From an uncultured Nitrososphaerales archaeon (GTDB lineage: Archaea; Thermoproteota; Nitrososphaeria; Nitrososphaerales; Nitrososphaeraceae): 64,000 nucleotides of DNA. A program made the translations under genes and the position numbers. The stretch covers positions 480,001 through 544,000 of the forward strand of contig CAVOHZ010000010.1 of the NCBI GenBank assembly GCA_963695855.1, written 5' to 3'. This document shows, in pieces, positions 31,622 through 47,363 of this stretch. The notes under the pieces were generated by a model. That model did no database searches. It was not told where the DNA came from and saw only the letters and a program-made list of their open reading frames with translations. The first letter of the stretch is position 1; every line of letters starts with the position of its first letter.

Positions 31622-32653
31622 CTATCTCTCAAGGTCTATCATTATCCTTCCATCTCTAGAAGTATCAAATAGACTTTTCAACGCATCTCCAGTCTGTTCT
31701 AAAGAAAATACCTTCCATACCCTAACCTTAAGGCGATTAGAAGATTTTATAACACTTTTTAGTTCTAGTATAGTTCCGCCATTTGAGCCAATGATTTGAA
31801 TTTGTTTTAGATAAATAGGTTGAAGATCAAATTGAACTATATTACCAGTCAATATTCCAAAAATAACCAGTCTCCCATTATAATTCAAAGAATTTAGACT
31901 TGATTCCCAAGTTTGTTTTCCAAGGGAGTTAATCACTACATCAGCCATTTTACCACTTGTCAACTTTGATGTAATTTCCGGAACTTTATCATAATCACAT
32001 ATATAAAAATCCGCACCAAGTTCTTTCAGCCATGATTTTTTACTCACAGCAATTACTTTAGCCTTTTTCAATTTACCGAATTGTATAGCAAACATACCAG
32101 TACTACCCGATGCACCATAAACAAGAAGAGTATCATTTTCGGTTATTGACGAAAGGTTAAGAGCATGATATGCGGTTAGAGCAGAAACTGACAGACTTGA
32201 AGCAAGATTCCAATCTAAATTTTTTGGAATCTTGATGACATTTTCTTTTCGTAACGATACATATTCCGATAATCCACCATTGGTAGTAACTCCTATCAGA
32301 GATCCTTTTCTGCACAACATTTCTCTTCCAGAGATGCATTGATCACATTCCGAATCAAATGTTCTATTATAGACGATTACATGATCATTTGCATTTATTT
32401 CATTTACTTGGCTACCTACTTTTTCTACTTCGCCGGAGAACTCCATTCCCGGAATATGCGGCAAAGGAGTTGGGATTAGCCTCTTTTCAGAAAATAGACC
32501 ATAAAATCCGGTGACCGTAAAATAATCTATCGGATTAATACCCACTCTTTTTACTTTTATCAACACTTCATTTTCATTAATCTTTGGAATCGGGACCTCG
32601 ATATCTTTAAGATTTTCGAGACCTGGTTTTTCAAAAACAATAGTTCTCATCAA
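31622..32653 (-). CDS. MDR-family (alcohol dehydrogenase-like) oxidoreductase
   Basis: GINPID, PGMEFSG, D..C..C.......C structural Zn loop, YGASGSTG. Confidence 0.88.
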   Translation of the reverse strand: MMRTIVFEKPGLENLKDIEVPIPKINENEVLIKVKRVGINPIDYFTVTGFYGLFSEKRLIPTPLPHIPGMEFSGEVEKVGSQVNEINANDHVIVYNRTFDSECDQCISGREMLCRKGSLIGVTTNGGLSEYVSLRKENVIKIPKNLDWNLASSLSVSALTAYHALNLSSITENDTLLVYGASGSTGMFAIQFGKLKKAKVIAVSKKSWLKELGADFYICDYDKVPEITSKLTSGKMADVVINSLGKQTWESSLNSLNYNGRLVIFGILTGNIVQFDLQPIYLKQIQIIGSNGGTILELKSVIKSSNRLKVRVWKVFSLEQTGDALKSLFDTSRDGRIMIDLER

Positions 32654-33234
32654 ACAATATTATTAAAGAAATTCAATAAATTGTTTAATATTAAAATACT
32701 TTATTACAAAGAAAATTGTTTTCTCGTGAAAAATTCGAATACAATTGAATATTAGTATATTATATCAAAGGGAGTACAAAGAACATTATCTCAAAAATAT
32801 TTTCTTTTGACTAATACGGGAATTCTGAGTTGCCTTATGTCTAAATCCCTACTAGAGATATGTTAAGACATGATAAGAAACTGAAAAATATATCTCAAAT
32901 ATTCGAAAGTTAATAAAACAATGAATCAATTGTATAATATAATGTTGGTAATTATTTGGGAGCAGAGGAAGTCATTGATATAGCATAAATCTATAAATAT
33001 GAAGATAATGAAAATCCCTTGAAATAATTATACGAGATCTCATGGAAGAGGGTGAAGTTATGATAAGATAACATTTTGCGGGTCTTAATGAGAAAAAAGC
33101 ATTAGACCAAATATTTCCTTTTAATCAAATAAATATAAATTTGGGCAAAGCGTAAGATTTATTTAAAACTACAGAATGCGCAATATCTATATTTTTCTTT
33201 TTGTAAAATAACCTTGAAATTGATGGTTAATATT

Positions 33235-33513
33235 TTATTTCTTGAATATTACTCTTCCTTTGTACTTGAAAATAATTTTGTTGTCTTGGGACAATGTAAA
33301 CACATTTTTTAGTAAATTTAATTTTAGAAAAATATTATCCATAGATTCATCAGAAGACACAAGGCTTAATGAATGTAAATTAATGGATATGTTACCATCA
33401 ATAAATTCTATGTCCAAATATTGTTCATCATCTCTTTTTATATTCAACCGTCCTTTTTTGATAATGTGACCACAAAACAATAACACATTTATTGGATTGT
33501 TTTGAAGAGCCAT
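33235..33513 (-). CDS. Hypothetical protein
   Basis: ATG ORF 18 bp downstream of the next gene, same strand. Confidence 0.55.
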   Translation of the reverse strand: MALQNNPINVLLFCGHIIKKGRLNIKRDDEQYLDIEFIDGNISINLHSLSLVSSDESMDNIFLKLNLLKNVFTLSQDNKIIFKYKGRVIFKK

Positions 33514-33531
33514 ATCATGTTCTTTAGAAAA

Positions 33532-33762
33532 TTAATTATCAGTTGAATGAGTTTCAGCTTTAATCGTAACTTTGCCATTTATTGTCCATTTAGCACTCAG
33601 CTCTTTTCCATTCAGGCCTGTTGCTTTAGGAAGGTCTATAGTTAGATTTTCGAAACTATACTCTATTACAGCTCCTTTCCCAGTCAACCTGTCTAGAATT
33701 TCCGTGATTACCTGAACCCATTGATGAGAAGGATCATTAGAATTCATTGAATTATTAATCAT
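33532..33762 (-). CDS. Hypothetical protein
   Basis: ATG ORF with plausible composition. Confidence 0.65.
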   Translation of the reverse strand: MINNSMNSNDPSHQWVQVITEILDRLTGKGAVIEYSFENLTIDLPKATGLNGKELSAKWTINGKVTIKAETHSTDN

Positions 33763-34362
33763 ACTTTAAGTAAATAAAACTTTCCTGATAAATAAATTGA
33801 ATTTAAGTTGTATTATCTAGAAATAAACATGCATATTTAAAATTTCATTATCTTTTGTAGTAATACAAGTAAAGTTACTTCCACTGTTGCTACTTTTCCA
33901 AAATTATTTATCTACCAATTATCCATAGTACAAATATAAACACATTCTTTCAATAATAATCGGTTTGTTTTCCATTTTTGAAGTATTTTGACATTTAGTG
34001 AGTAACAGAAGGCGCTATGTCCTGTATTCTTACCAGTTAGCAATAGAGTTAACTTTCAATCCTGGATACTAAATTTGACTTGATTTATAGAAAATTAATA
34101 CATGATAAAAACTGGACTAATAACATATTTAATATACTCATTGGGATTCCTCATTGCAACATAATCAAGTAATCATCTAGTAAATCGTATAGTACATGAA
34201 ATTTTCCAGCTACAGTATCCTTGTATTTTGAGACATATCTAAAGTTTTTACAAGGTACTTGCTATGTTAATTCGAAAAAAATGAATATCGATATCAAATC
34301 TATATTTATGGTTCATTTATTAAAAAATCCCATTTTATAATGAAAAATTTCTTGAAATTGAA

Positions 34363-35571
34363 CTAATTCCGGAATGACATTTTATCATAATTATCTAAAG
34401 GATAATTTTGCTGGTGAATACTGGAATACGATGAAGGTTGCTGATTTTTATTTCCTTCGTTGATTTTAGCGGCTGAGTAAAATTCTTGACTTATTGAATT
34501 GAAATCATCCAATGAATGATCTTTGCCATTTTCATTTTTAGATAAAGTGAATTTGTCTAAAATGGTCAATTTCTTATTATCATAAAATGTTCCAACCAGT
34601 GTATTACCATTATCTTTTATATCAAAATTAAGGAAACCATGAGAGCGTTTTTGTATCACAGTATAGGGCAAGTAGTAGTCAATATTTTGAAGGTCGTCAC
34701 CTGCAGTACCTGCAGTAATGAATATTATTCCATTATTATTTTTATATTCATAATTTTGTTGATTTGTGACAATTGGATAAAGAGGATTATCTTTGTTATA
34801 AGATAATGGAAGGGATCTTTGGTAATATTGTGTATGACCATTTAGCACTATATCCACACCATTTTTTTCAAACATTCGTTGAAAAGCCTTTCTTAAATCT
34901 TCGCTGGCGTTTTCATCAAAGTGAGATGCGGAATAAAATGGTTTGTGAAGGAATACTATCTTCCATAAAATATTAGGATCTGCGGATGTCTTCTCTAGAT
35001 CATTTTTTATAAAATCGTATTGCATACTACCTTTTTGAAATGGATGTTCTGTAGAAATTGCTATAAAATGCACATTTCCAAAATTAAAAGAATAATATGG
35101 TTTTTTAAGACCATAGTGATCGATTAACTGTTTGTAGGAAGCCGCAAAATCAAGATCATGATTTCCTATTGCTATTCTCATTAAATCATCTATTGGTTTG
35201 GACAAGTCAAACCAACATTGTGCAGAAGGATTATTAAAAAGGTAATCACCCAATCCTACTACTAGTTCAGGCTTAAATTTTAGGATGTTTGTTATGGTTT
35301 TTTGAGTTTCCTTGTTACATATCCAATCTCCAGCAGCAATAAAATTTATACCTTGAGTATCTATTGGAGTTGGTGATTGCTTGGAGTTGCCTGTATCCGA
35401 TTCTTTGGGAAGAGAAGGGTCTATACCATAATCTTCAGGATCGTAATAATCATTGGGGGCTATACCAAAATATCCATCATCCTGCGCCAATAAGGAATTT
35501 AAGGAGATGGTACAAGGGAACAGTAAGAAAGAGAAAAACGTAATTAACAATATATTATAACTATATACCAT
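34363..35571 (-). CDS. Secreted calcineurin-like metallophosphoesterase (purple acid phosphatase-like)
   Basis: Signal peptide; AAGDW, GLGDY, GNHD, FLHKP, GHTQYYQR. Confidence 0.88.
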   Translation of the reverse strand: MVYSYNILLITFFSFLLFPCTISLNSLLAQDDGYFGIAPNDYYDPEDYGIDPSLPKESDTGNSKQSPTPIDTQGINFIAAGDWICNKETQKTITNILKFKPELVVGLGDYLFNNPSAQCWFDLSKPIDDLMRIAIGNHDLDFAASYKQLIDHYGLKKPYYSFNFGNVHFIAISTEHPFQKGSMQYDFIKNDLEKTSADPNILWKIVFLHKPFYSASHFDENASEDLRKAFQRMFEKNGVDIVLNGHTQYYQRSLPLSYNKDNPLYPIVTNQQNYEYKNNNGIIFITAGTAGDDLQNIDYYLPYTVIQKRSHGFLNFDIKDNGNTLVGTFYDNKKLTILDKFTLSKNENGKDHSLDDFNSISQEFYSAAKINEGNKNQQPSSYSSIHQQNYPLDNYDKMSFRN

Positions 35572-35806
35572 ATTACTAAAAAATTTGCAAAGGACTCTTT
35601 TTAAGATTTGTATTGATTGTTGTTAAAGTTAATTACTATATTATGTTATATAAATTTGCTTAAAAAAAAAGTAAGTAAAAAAGTTAGTGCCAAATGTAGT
35701 ACTTTTAGTATTTTAGATTGCGTCATTGACCGGATCAGTCAATTAGCTGTATAGAAAATAAGAGATGAATTTATAAAGAATTATTGGAAATAAATTTATT
35801 GTATTA

Positions 35807-36784
35807 ATGAATAATGAATACTATTTTAAGATATTATTTGGATTTTCAGTCTTTTCCTTAGGTATTATCATTTTGTTTAGTGAAGCTTTTAGTGAAAAAG
35901 GTAAAGATTATCTTATTAATTATTATTATTTAGATCAATTTGGGGGAAAAGGATCAGGGGATGGTCAATTTAACGCACCACATAGTATTGATATTGATAA
36001 ATTTGGGAATGTTTATGTCACAGATACTGGCAATAACAGGGTTCAAAAGTTCACATCTGATGGAAAATTTGTGCTCAAATGGGGAGATATGGGTACGGGG
36101 GATGGTCAATTTCTAAAATTACATGACTTGGCAGTGGATCCATCCGGTAAATATGTTTACACAGTCGAACTAAAAAACCATAGAGTGCAAAAGTTCACAT
36201 CTGATGGAAAATTTGTGCTCAAATGGGGATTCGAAAATACTGGAGGTAAGGGGGCCGAAAGAACTCCACATCAAGTGTCAGTGGATTCACAAGGTTTTGT
36301 TTATCTAACTGATAAAAATGGTCACCAAATTCTTAAATTTGATGAAAACGGAAAATTTATCAAAATAATAGGAAGGGAAGGTTCAGGTGATGGGGAATTT
36401 CTTAGACCTCATGGAATAGTTTTTGATTCCAAAGATAATATGTATATTACAGATATGAGAAATTCTCGTGTCCAAATACTAGATAAAGATCTTAATTTAA
36501 TTAAACAATGGGGATCATATGGAAATGGAACAGGACAGTTTTCTCTTACTTTCCCTGGCATTGACTACTTCGAAAAAGATGATCTTGTTTTCGTTGTCGA
36601 CAAGTTATTTACAAGAGTTCAAGTCTTTGATAATCAAGGTAATTTCATGACAGAATTTGGTTCTAAAGGTACTGGGGACAGTCAGTTCAAACGACCGGAA
36701 GATTTGGCGTTAAATCCATCTGGAAAAATTTTTGTATCGGATACTGGCAATTCGAGAGTCCAGATATTTGGAATCAAAGAGTAG
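35807..36784 (+). CDS. Secreted NHL-repeat six-bladed beta-propeller
   Basis: Six G.GDGQF..P......D..GNVYV.D..N.RVQ.F repeats after an N-terminal TM/signal. Confidence 0.92.
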   Translation: MNNEYYFKILFGFSVFSLGIIILFSEAFSEKGKDYLINYYYLDQFGGKGSGDGQFNAPHSIDIDKFGNVYVTDTGNNRVQKFTSDGKFVLKWGDMGTGDGQFLKLHDLAVDPSGKYVYTVELKNHRVQKFTSDGKFVLKWGFENTGGKGAERTPHQVSVDSQGFVYLTDKNGHQILKFDENGKFIKIIGREGSGDGEFLRPHGIVFDSKDNMYITDMRNSRVQILDKDLNLIKQWGSYGNGTGQFSLTFPGIDYFEKDDLVFVVDKLFTRVQVFDNQGNFMTEFGSKGTGDSQFKRPEDLALNPSGKIFVSDTGNSRVQIFGIKE

Positions 36785-37516
36785 ATATTTATAATATAAA
36801 AGTCTCACCACTATATTGAAATTAAAATTAGAATAAGTTATATTAACAAATTAACTCGAAATCATACAACAATTTAAGATAACAAAAATACCTATGGAAA
36901 CATTTTAAGAAAAGACAAGAATCTTCATAGTTTATTTACAAAGAGAAGAATTATTGTACCGTTTTCAGAAAGGAAGGTAGAATATATTCTTTCATTTTTT
37001 GAATTTGATTGGATAAATGATGAACACAAATTAATTAAAGATTTAAACAATCTATTATCATCTGATCAATACGAAACTTTAACACATAAAATATACGATA
37101 AAATTTTTAAAATCAAAAAAATGCCTTATTCGAGGTGGTAAGATCCTTGCAATTTTAGTACAAAGATGATATGTTAAATTATGTGAAAAAAATAGGATTG
37201 AAAAATGTATATTCATCTTTTCCAATCCGATCCTCAAGTAATTTCAAACATGAGAAATAATATGCTCAGTTTTCAAACTAAGTTAATATGAAGGCTTTTC
37301 TAAATTATCCACCAAATAAGAAATTAAAAGCCAAGTTTAAAGAAATAGTAATTGAGGAAATCGATAATGTTCCTAAAATGAAATTTATTCTAGATTATGT
37401 TATACTCAACATTATGGATCACAACACTAAACAAATAGAAATAAAAGAATTTTTTACTCATATTTGAAAATATTTTTTACGATTAATTTTATAAAATTAA
37501 ATGAAAAATAAGAAAA

Positions 37517-41758
<4,242 letters not shown>

Positions 41759-41760
41759 CG

Positions 41761-42909
41761 TTAATTTACACCTCCTTGCAATGGTGATTTTCCAGGAACA
41801 CTTTTTCCAACATTATCTACCTTAAACGATCCTTTCATTCCCGATAGAAGATGAGATGTTATAGTGTCCCTATATTCAGCAATACCATTTTTGGCCTCAA
41901 TAGTGAAAACATGGTTTTCGAGAGGTCCGAATTTTTTATCTTTGATTATCTGCGCTGTTCCAGGTTCAAGCCATTCATACCCTGTTAATGAAAAGATATG
42001 AAAATCAGTGCCCATTCCGTATAAATGGAATCTTATCAAGTCTCCATCTTTAGCACCGATAGTTGGATTTTCCCATAATGCTGTTCGAATGGCGTTATTC
42101 GTGTAATCTATTTCGTCACACCAAAAAGCATCATCGGTAACATAGCAGAATACATCCTTAGCAATATCGGCTACGTTCACCTTAGTTGGTATTCCGTCCA
42201 CCAAGGCCACAGTTTTTCCTGTATGGCTCTCTATTACAAGATTACCAAACAATCCTAAGGTTTCTGAACCATCAATATAAATTCCTGCAGAATTTAGACC
42301 AAGAGCATGATCATGATAAGGCCATGTACCAGATGTTCCGGGACCAGCGGTGTAATGATATTTTATTGATTCTCCGGGGCAAACACCTTCGTCTCTTAAG
42401 CCATTAAGAATTCCTAAAGTCCCATCACTTGCTATAGAGTAATGGATTCCATGGACGTGAATACTTACCCTACCTAGAGCACCTGTATTCTCTGGAGATG
42501 AATTAGTATTACATATTCCATTCATTGACTTACCAGGATTAGTTAAAGTTAATTCAACAGAATCACCTTCTTCAAACATTAAAGTTGGTCCAGGGATGGT
42601 GGGTCCTTTTGTATAATGATCTGTAATATCATTCAACAATATACCACCTATTGGATCGAAAATTTCATGTTTATCAAGCTGATAACCAAACAAATCATCA
42701 CCTGGTTTCTCAATTTTCTGCACAGACATCTCAATCTTGTGAAGAACAGGGTGAGGATAAACGGGATATCCGTCCTCATTATTTTGTGCTCCGACTGGTG
42801 GTATAGCCGAGCCAATATTGCCTAATCCTATTATTGAAACCATAATAGCAACCAACAATAAGGAATACGACCAATAATACCTCATATAAAAAATTTCAGA
42901 AATATGCAT
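41761..42909 (-). CDS. Secreted two-domain multicopper oxidase-like protein with intact domain 1 and degenerate domain 2
   Basis: PGPTLMFEEGD, SIHVHG and WPYHDH present; domain 2 reads FHIFSLTGYEW and EYRDTITSHLLSGM. Confidence 0.88.
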   Translation of the reverse strand: MHISEIFYMRYYWSYSLLLVAIMVSIIGLGNIGSAIPPVGAQNNEDGYPVYPHPVLHKIEMSVQKIEKPGDDLFGYQLDKHEIFDPIGGILLNDITDHYTKGPTIPGPTLMFEEGDSVELTLTNPGKSMNGICNTNSSPENTGALGRVSIHVHGIHYSIASDGTLGILNGLRDEGVCPGESIKYHYTAGPGTSGTWPYHDHALGLNSAGIYIDGSETLGLFGNLVIESHTGKTVALVDGIPTKVNVADIAKDVFCYVTDDAFWCDEIDYTNNAIRTALWENPTIGAKDGDLIRFHLYGMGTDFHIFSLTGYEWLEPGTAQIIKDKKFGPLENHVFTIEAKNGIAEYRDTITSHLLSGMKGSFKVDNVGKSVPGKSPLQGGVN

Positions 42910-43193
42910 ATAATGTGATGGATTAAAAGTTCAAGTTACCTAGCATCTAATATTCAAATAATAAACTTAACGAGTCGATTTAGATATAAAATTTAAATTG
43001 AAAAAAATAGGTGATCTTTTTCTATCGTATTCCTAAGTAACCAAAATTCCAAATCTCCAATTTGGAGGAATTTTAATATTAATGGATCTGAATCTAATTT
43101 TAAATAACAAATGAACCGAAATTATTTTTTGCTATATTTGAAAAAAAATTGTGACAATATTAATATCTCAACCAAGAAATTTCATTAACCAAG

Positions 43194-43673
43194 ATGATAT
43201 TGAAATCTTCATATTGGATTAATGAATTAGGCCTTTCAAAACATCCCGAAGGAGGATACTTCAGAGAAATCTATAGATCCCCAAGAAATAGAAATAAAAG
43301 GTCATTTGTAACATCCATATATTACCTAATAGAGGGTAATGATTTTTCTTCTTTTCACAAGATAGATGCTGACGAGATATGGCATTTTTATTATGGTAGT
43401 AGTTTAACCTTATTTATCATTAATGAAAGTAATTCGAGGTTAACTAGAAAAGTCTTAGGAAATAATTATAAGAAAAAAGAGAGTTTGGAGATTGTGATAG
43501 AGAGTAATAATTGGCTCGCCGCACAAGTAAATAACAAATTGTCATATTCACTTGTAGGATGTACAGTCATTCCAGGATTTGAATTTGAGTTCTATGAGTT
43601 AGGAGAGAGGGATAAACTATTTTCTTTATTTCCAGAACATAAAAAAATAATTGAAAAATTTACTAGAGAATAA
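43194..43673 (+). CDS. Cupin DUF985 family protein
   Basis: LSKHPEGGYFRE, TSIYYL, DEIWHFY.G, LVGCTV.PGFEF. Confidence 0.92.
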   Translation: MILKSSYWINELGLSKHPEGGYFREIYRSPRNRNKRSFVTSIYYLIEGNDFSSFHKIDADEIWHFYYGSSLTLFIINESNSRLTRKVLGNNYKKKESLEIVIESNNWLAAQVNNKLSYSLVGCTVIPGFEFEFYELGERDKLFSLFPEHKKIIEKFTRE

Positions 43674-44256
43674 AATGAACTTGCAACGAAGGCATAATTA
43701 CTATCACTTTTTTTCTTATTTAGAACCTCGTTTATAAAAGATACTTCTTGTATCATTAATTTATTTTTTGGATGAACGATACCTCTTCAGATTTTATATG
43801 CCTGCCATTGGATTTGATGAAGCCGTTAGAAACGGTTTTATCGTAGAATTGTGAAATTTTACTTCCGAAAAGATGTAGCAATTCTAAATCAAGCCAAGAT
43901 CATTTAATTGTCATGATTGTAAAAATCTTGTTTAAAATATTAAAAATATTTGTTATTATATTAAAAACTCAGGGAAAAAGTGATGGTAAACTAAACGAAG
44001 GTATTCCAACAGATGAAGAGGGATTCTGGGCGTCTTGTAGCTGTTCAAAAGTTGGTGGCTGTTCGAAATTGTCCAATAATGGAGAATTCCCCGATTTAAA
44101 CGGTAGAGTTGCACTAGAATTATTTAATAAATCCATTTATCCTGATCATTAAGAATTACATATCTGATCATTAAAGATTTCATATGATTGTTGCAATGAG
44201 TCGATAGAAGTATTGTTTTTAACTTTATTTGTAACGTTATCTCCTATAGTTATGTC

Positions 44257-45618
44257 TTAAGTATTAGATGATGTAATATTATCGGATACCGTAAAGGACT
44301 TAGAAACAATACTGTCTGGAGATCCAAGTTTTGTAGCCAAAACTTTAATACTATATTCTCCTATTGGAAAAAGTTCATTAATTTCTAATGGAAATTTGTA
44401 GGAACCGTCAATGCCTGTCTTCCCAAAAAATTTTATTTTGTCATATGTTAGGCTATCACTGTTAGATATCTCACCCGATATAATAGCATCGTGTATTGGC
44501 AAGGAACCATCATTAATTACTGAAATTTCTAAGGTATATGTATTACCTAAAACAATGTTATCAGGTAAAGAAAGATTTACGTTGAATTTGTCAGATAACA
44601 CTTCATTTGTTCTTTTTTCAGAAGTTAAATTCAAATTATTATCACTCTCTTTGTTTTTATCAAAAGTCAGAGTATTGAGATTAGTTGTATTTATGGAGGA
44701 ATTATTTGAATTTGCCCCAACAGTTATTTGATCATTAGTGGGATTAATCATAGTAATCCCAGTATCATTATTTACATTTGTAAAGTTGTTTTGAATACTC
44801 TGGAAATTAGTCAAATTTGTTTCTACGTTAGAAGTATTGGTTTGAGATATTGATTCGGTCTTCCTATTTTCTTTATATATAGAGTCATTTCCAACTGAAT
44901 TTGGATCCGGTTGTAAACCTGCTTTGACTGAGGGAAGGTTTGGATTTGGGAGATTGTTTTGTCCTATTATGGTTTCAGGATTGGAGTTAAAACCGGGAAT
45001 AATATTCTGTGAAGGTTCTTTGACTGATGGAAGATTTGGATTTGGGAGATTGTTTTGTCCTATTATGGTTTCAGGATTGGAGTTAAAACCGGGAATAATA
45101 TTATGAAAGGGTTGATCTGGCATTTTCGCAGTGTTATTCCTTTGGATAGATTCAACCATAGAAGGGTTCGAAATTCCTATTAAATTTATTGAGTACCATT
45201 TTGTTCCTGACTGACCATTATCATTTACACACATTATTTTGGAGGTAAGGTCATTGTTTCCTTCCATTATTTGGTGATAATTTGAATCATAAGTAAAAAA
45301 CCATTTAGAAAAATCATCTACTCCGCCAGGACCAGAAGCTCGAACTTGCTGAAAGGGTTTCTTGTTATTCCAATCTACATATACCAAACAATTTCTGTCC
45401 GAGTCGTCACTTGATATGCCTGAAATAGTCAACTTTCCAACAGGTACTTTCTCCCCGTCCGAGTGAGATGTAATTTTAACTGATACCGGTTTATCAAAGG
45501 AATCTGCAGGATTATCTTTATTGATTTGTTGTGAATAAACAAATTGTATTTCATCTATATTAGGATTGATAAACAATCCAATAAAGATTGCCAAAAAAAA
45601 GACGACTAAAAAATTCAT
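44257..45618 (-). CDS. Secreted/surface protein with Ig-like domains and Asn/Pro-rich linker
   Basis: Signal peptide; SVKITSH..G..V..G.LTISG.SSD domain; duplicated 32-aa linker unit. Confidence 0.8.
   Translation of the reverse strand: MNFLVVFFLAIFIGLFINPNIDEIQFVYSQQINKDNPADSFDKPVSVKITSHSDGEKVPVGKLTISGISSDDSDRNCLVYVDWNNKKPFQQVRASGPGGVDDFSKWFFTYDSNYHQIMEGNNDLTSKIMCVNDNGQSGTKWYSINLIGISNPSMVESIQRNNTAKMPDQPFHNIIPGFNSNPETIIGQNNLPNPNLPSVKEPSQNIIPGFNSNPETIIGQNNLPNPNLPSVKAGLQPDPNSVGNDSIYKENRKTESISQTNTSNVETNLTNFQSIQNNFTNVNNDTGITMINPTNDQITVGANSNNSSINTTNLNTLTFDKNKESDNNLNLTSEKRTNEVLSDKFNVNLSLPDNIVLGNTYTLEISVINDGSLPIHDAIISGEISNSDSLTYDKIKFFGKTGIDGSYKFPLEINELFPIGEYSIKVLATKLGSPDSIVSKSFTVSDNITSSNT
44922..45110. 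repeat. Two near-identical 96-bp tandem units in the linker
   Basis: NIIPGFNSNPETIIGQNNLPNPNLPSVK occurs twice. Confidence 0.9.
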
Positions 45619-45829
45619 ACAATATCATCCTCATAGCACTATATTTAAATTAATAATAATTCTCTTATAACTTTCTACTATTATTTTAGGAAATAAATAA
45701 GTAAAAAAATTATTTATAATTTTTAAAATTGAATGTTCAAATAATTTTTCAGCATAAAGATAATTTAGATTATAATCTAAAAAAAGTAAATATAAAACAT
45801 TATCTTTCTATAATGTTTTATTTTTAAAC

Positions 45830-45967
45830 TTATTTACCAATCTTAAACATCTTTGTTCCACAAACGCTACAAGTTCCCTGTGTTGCTGGTCTACCATTTT
45901 TCATGGTTACTTTCTTTTCATTCAGCATTTCTCTCTTTGATTTACATTTAACGCAATATCCTTCCAT
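45830..45967 (-). CDS. DUF5679-like 45-aa zinc-ribbon protein (not in ORF track)
   Basis: MEGYCVKCKSKREM...MKNGRPATQGTCSVCGTKMFKIGK*. Confidence 0.85.
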   Translation of the reverse strand: MEGYCVKCKSKREMLNEKKVTMKNGRPATQGTCSVCGTKMFKIGK

Positions 45968-46068
45968 GCTTATTGAGTAAATGGACCACAATAAAAATAT
46001 TGATATAAAATTTCACAAATTAAGCAGGAAAAAGGCAAAAGAGGCGTCAAAATAAAAATAAAGAACAG

Positions 46069-46278
46069 TCAGTAGGCATGAATTTCTTTTTTATGTTGAC
46101 GAAGTTTCTTAAAAGTTGAAAATCTATTTCCACATTTATCACAGCGCCAATGATTAGCACGTGCTTCTTCATATCTAGAATATTTTTCAGAATTCACCTC
46201 GAACATTCCGGTTTTAAGATCATAATTTATGGGTTTGTAATTTAGTCTAAATTTTAATTTTGAGGGAGTTGTAGTCAA
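46069..46278 (-). CDS. C2H2 zinc-finger protein
   Basis: CDKCGNRFSTFKKLRQHKKEIH. Confidence 0.8.
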   Translation of the reverse strand: MTTTPSKLKFRLNYKPINYDLKTGMFEVNSEKYSRYEEARANHWRCDKCGNRFSTFKKLRQHKKEIHAY

Positions 46279-46524
46279 ATCCTTTATATTATATCAAAAT
46301 AATATTAAAAAGAATATAAGCTAGTTTTCTCTGACTTTAGCTTAAAAAAAATTAATATCATAATTATAGCCAAAAATATAATTATTATAATATTATTTCA
46401 TTTGCAGTTTTTAGATAGAGAAACATATATTGTTAATAAATAGAGATTGTTTAAAAAATAAAAATTGAAATTGTATAAACAAAAAAAAAGTATTTTTATT
46501 TGAATTCTATCATTTAATGTATAA

Positions 46525-47175
46525 TTGACCGTAAAAAACATTATCGAAAAAGGAACCAATATCTCTTCATTTTCACCTTTTGTGACATCAAGGATTAAAG
46601 ATATTTTGAAAAAAGAAAGTAAGGAGGATACCATAGACATATTTTCAAAGGAAAATGTCAAGATATTTGATATATTGGTAAGTGCCAAGAAAGAAATATG
46701 CATTGCCTGTATTACTTTGGATCAGATCTTCTCATTTAATTATATCGAGGTTTTCAAAAACATCTTAAAAAATAATATAAAAATAAAAATCTTGATCTGC
46801 GATCCAAAATCAGATTTATTAGATCATATCAAATATTTAACAGTCTATCCCAAAATTGAAGAAAATTTAACATCATGTCTATCAAGACTTTGTAATATGA
46901 AAATAATATCTCTTTCAACAAATGAATTAGCTAACTTTGAGATAAGGTGCTACAAGACGATATTAACTCATAACACCATCACAATTGATCAGGACATAGA
47001 ATCTAATGGTACAATATTAGTCGAGCATTTTTTATTTGGAATAAAATCTCAGAATAGAAAAATTATTCAATTGTTCAAGAGGAAAAACCATGAAATTTTT
47101 GATATTTACTACAAATCGTTCTTGAAATTATGGGAAATTAGTCCAGAATATTCATGTGAATGGGAAGAGTTATAA
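46525..47175 (+). CDS. Hypothetical protein with PLD-like/DUF5919-like fold
   Basis: AKKEICI, IKILICDP.S, EIRCY, I.VEH, F..LWE pattern; no HKD motif. Confidence 0.6.
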   Translation: MTVKNIIEKGTNISSFSPFVTSRIKDILKKESKEDTIDIFSKENVKIFDILVSAKKEICIACITLDQIFSFNYIEVFKNILKNNIKIKILICDPKSDLLDHIKYLTVYPKIEENLTSCLSRLCNMKIISLSTNELANFEIRCYKTILTHNTITIDQDIESNGTILVEHFLFGIKSQNRKIIQLFKRKNHEIFDIYYKSFLKLWEISPEYSCEWEEL

Positions 47176-47363
47176 AAAATGAGCTTATTTCAATTTTTTC
47201 GTTTTTTTTGAAAACGAGATAGGTTCACAATGAAAAATTTATATTAATTATGGACATATTTAATCAAAATGCAAGTGTGATAAAATAAGAGAAATTGTGT
47301 TAACAGAGAAAAATATGTTTAGAAATCAATAAATCTATAAGGTAAAATATATTATTATCTCTG

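Noticed and set aside
36880-37470. Start-less open frames after the NHL gene
   Set aside because: Possibly a gene remnant, but no family is recognisable.
43913-44152. 79-aa + strand ORF
   Set aside because: No motif; a Pro/Ser-rich minus-strand frame is equally plausible, so neither is supported.
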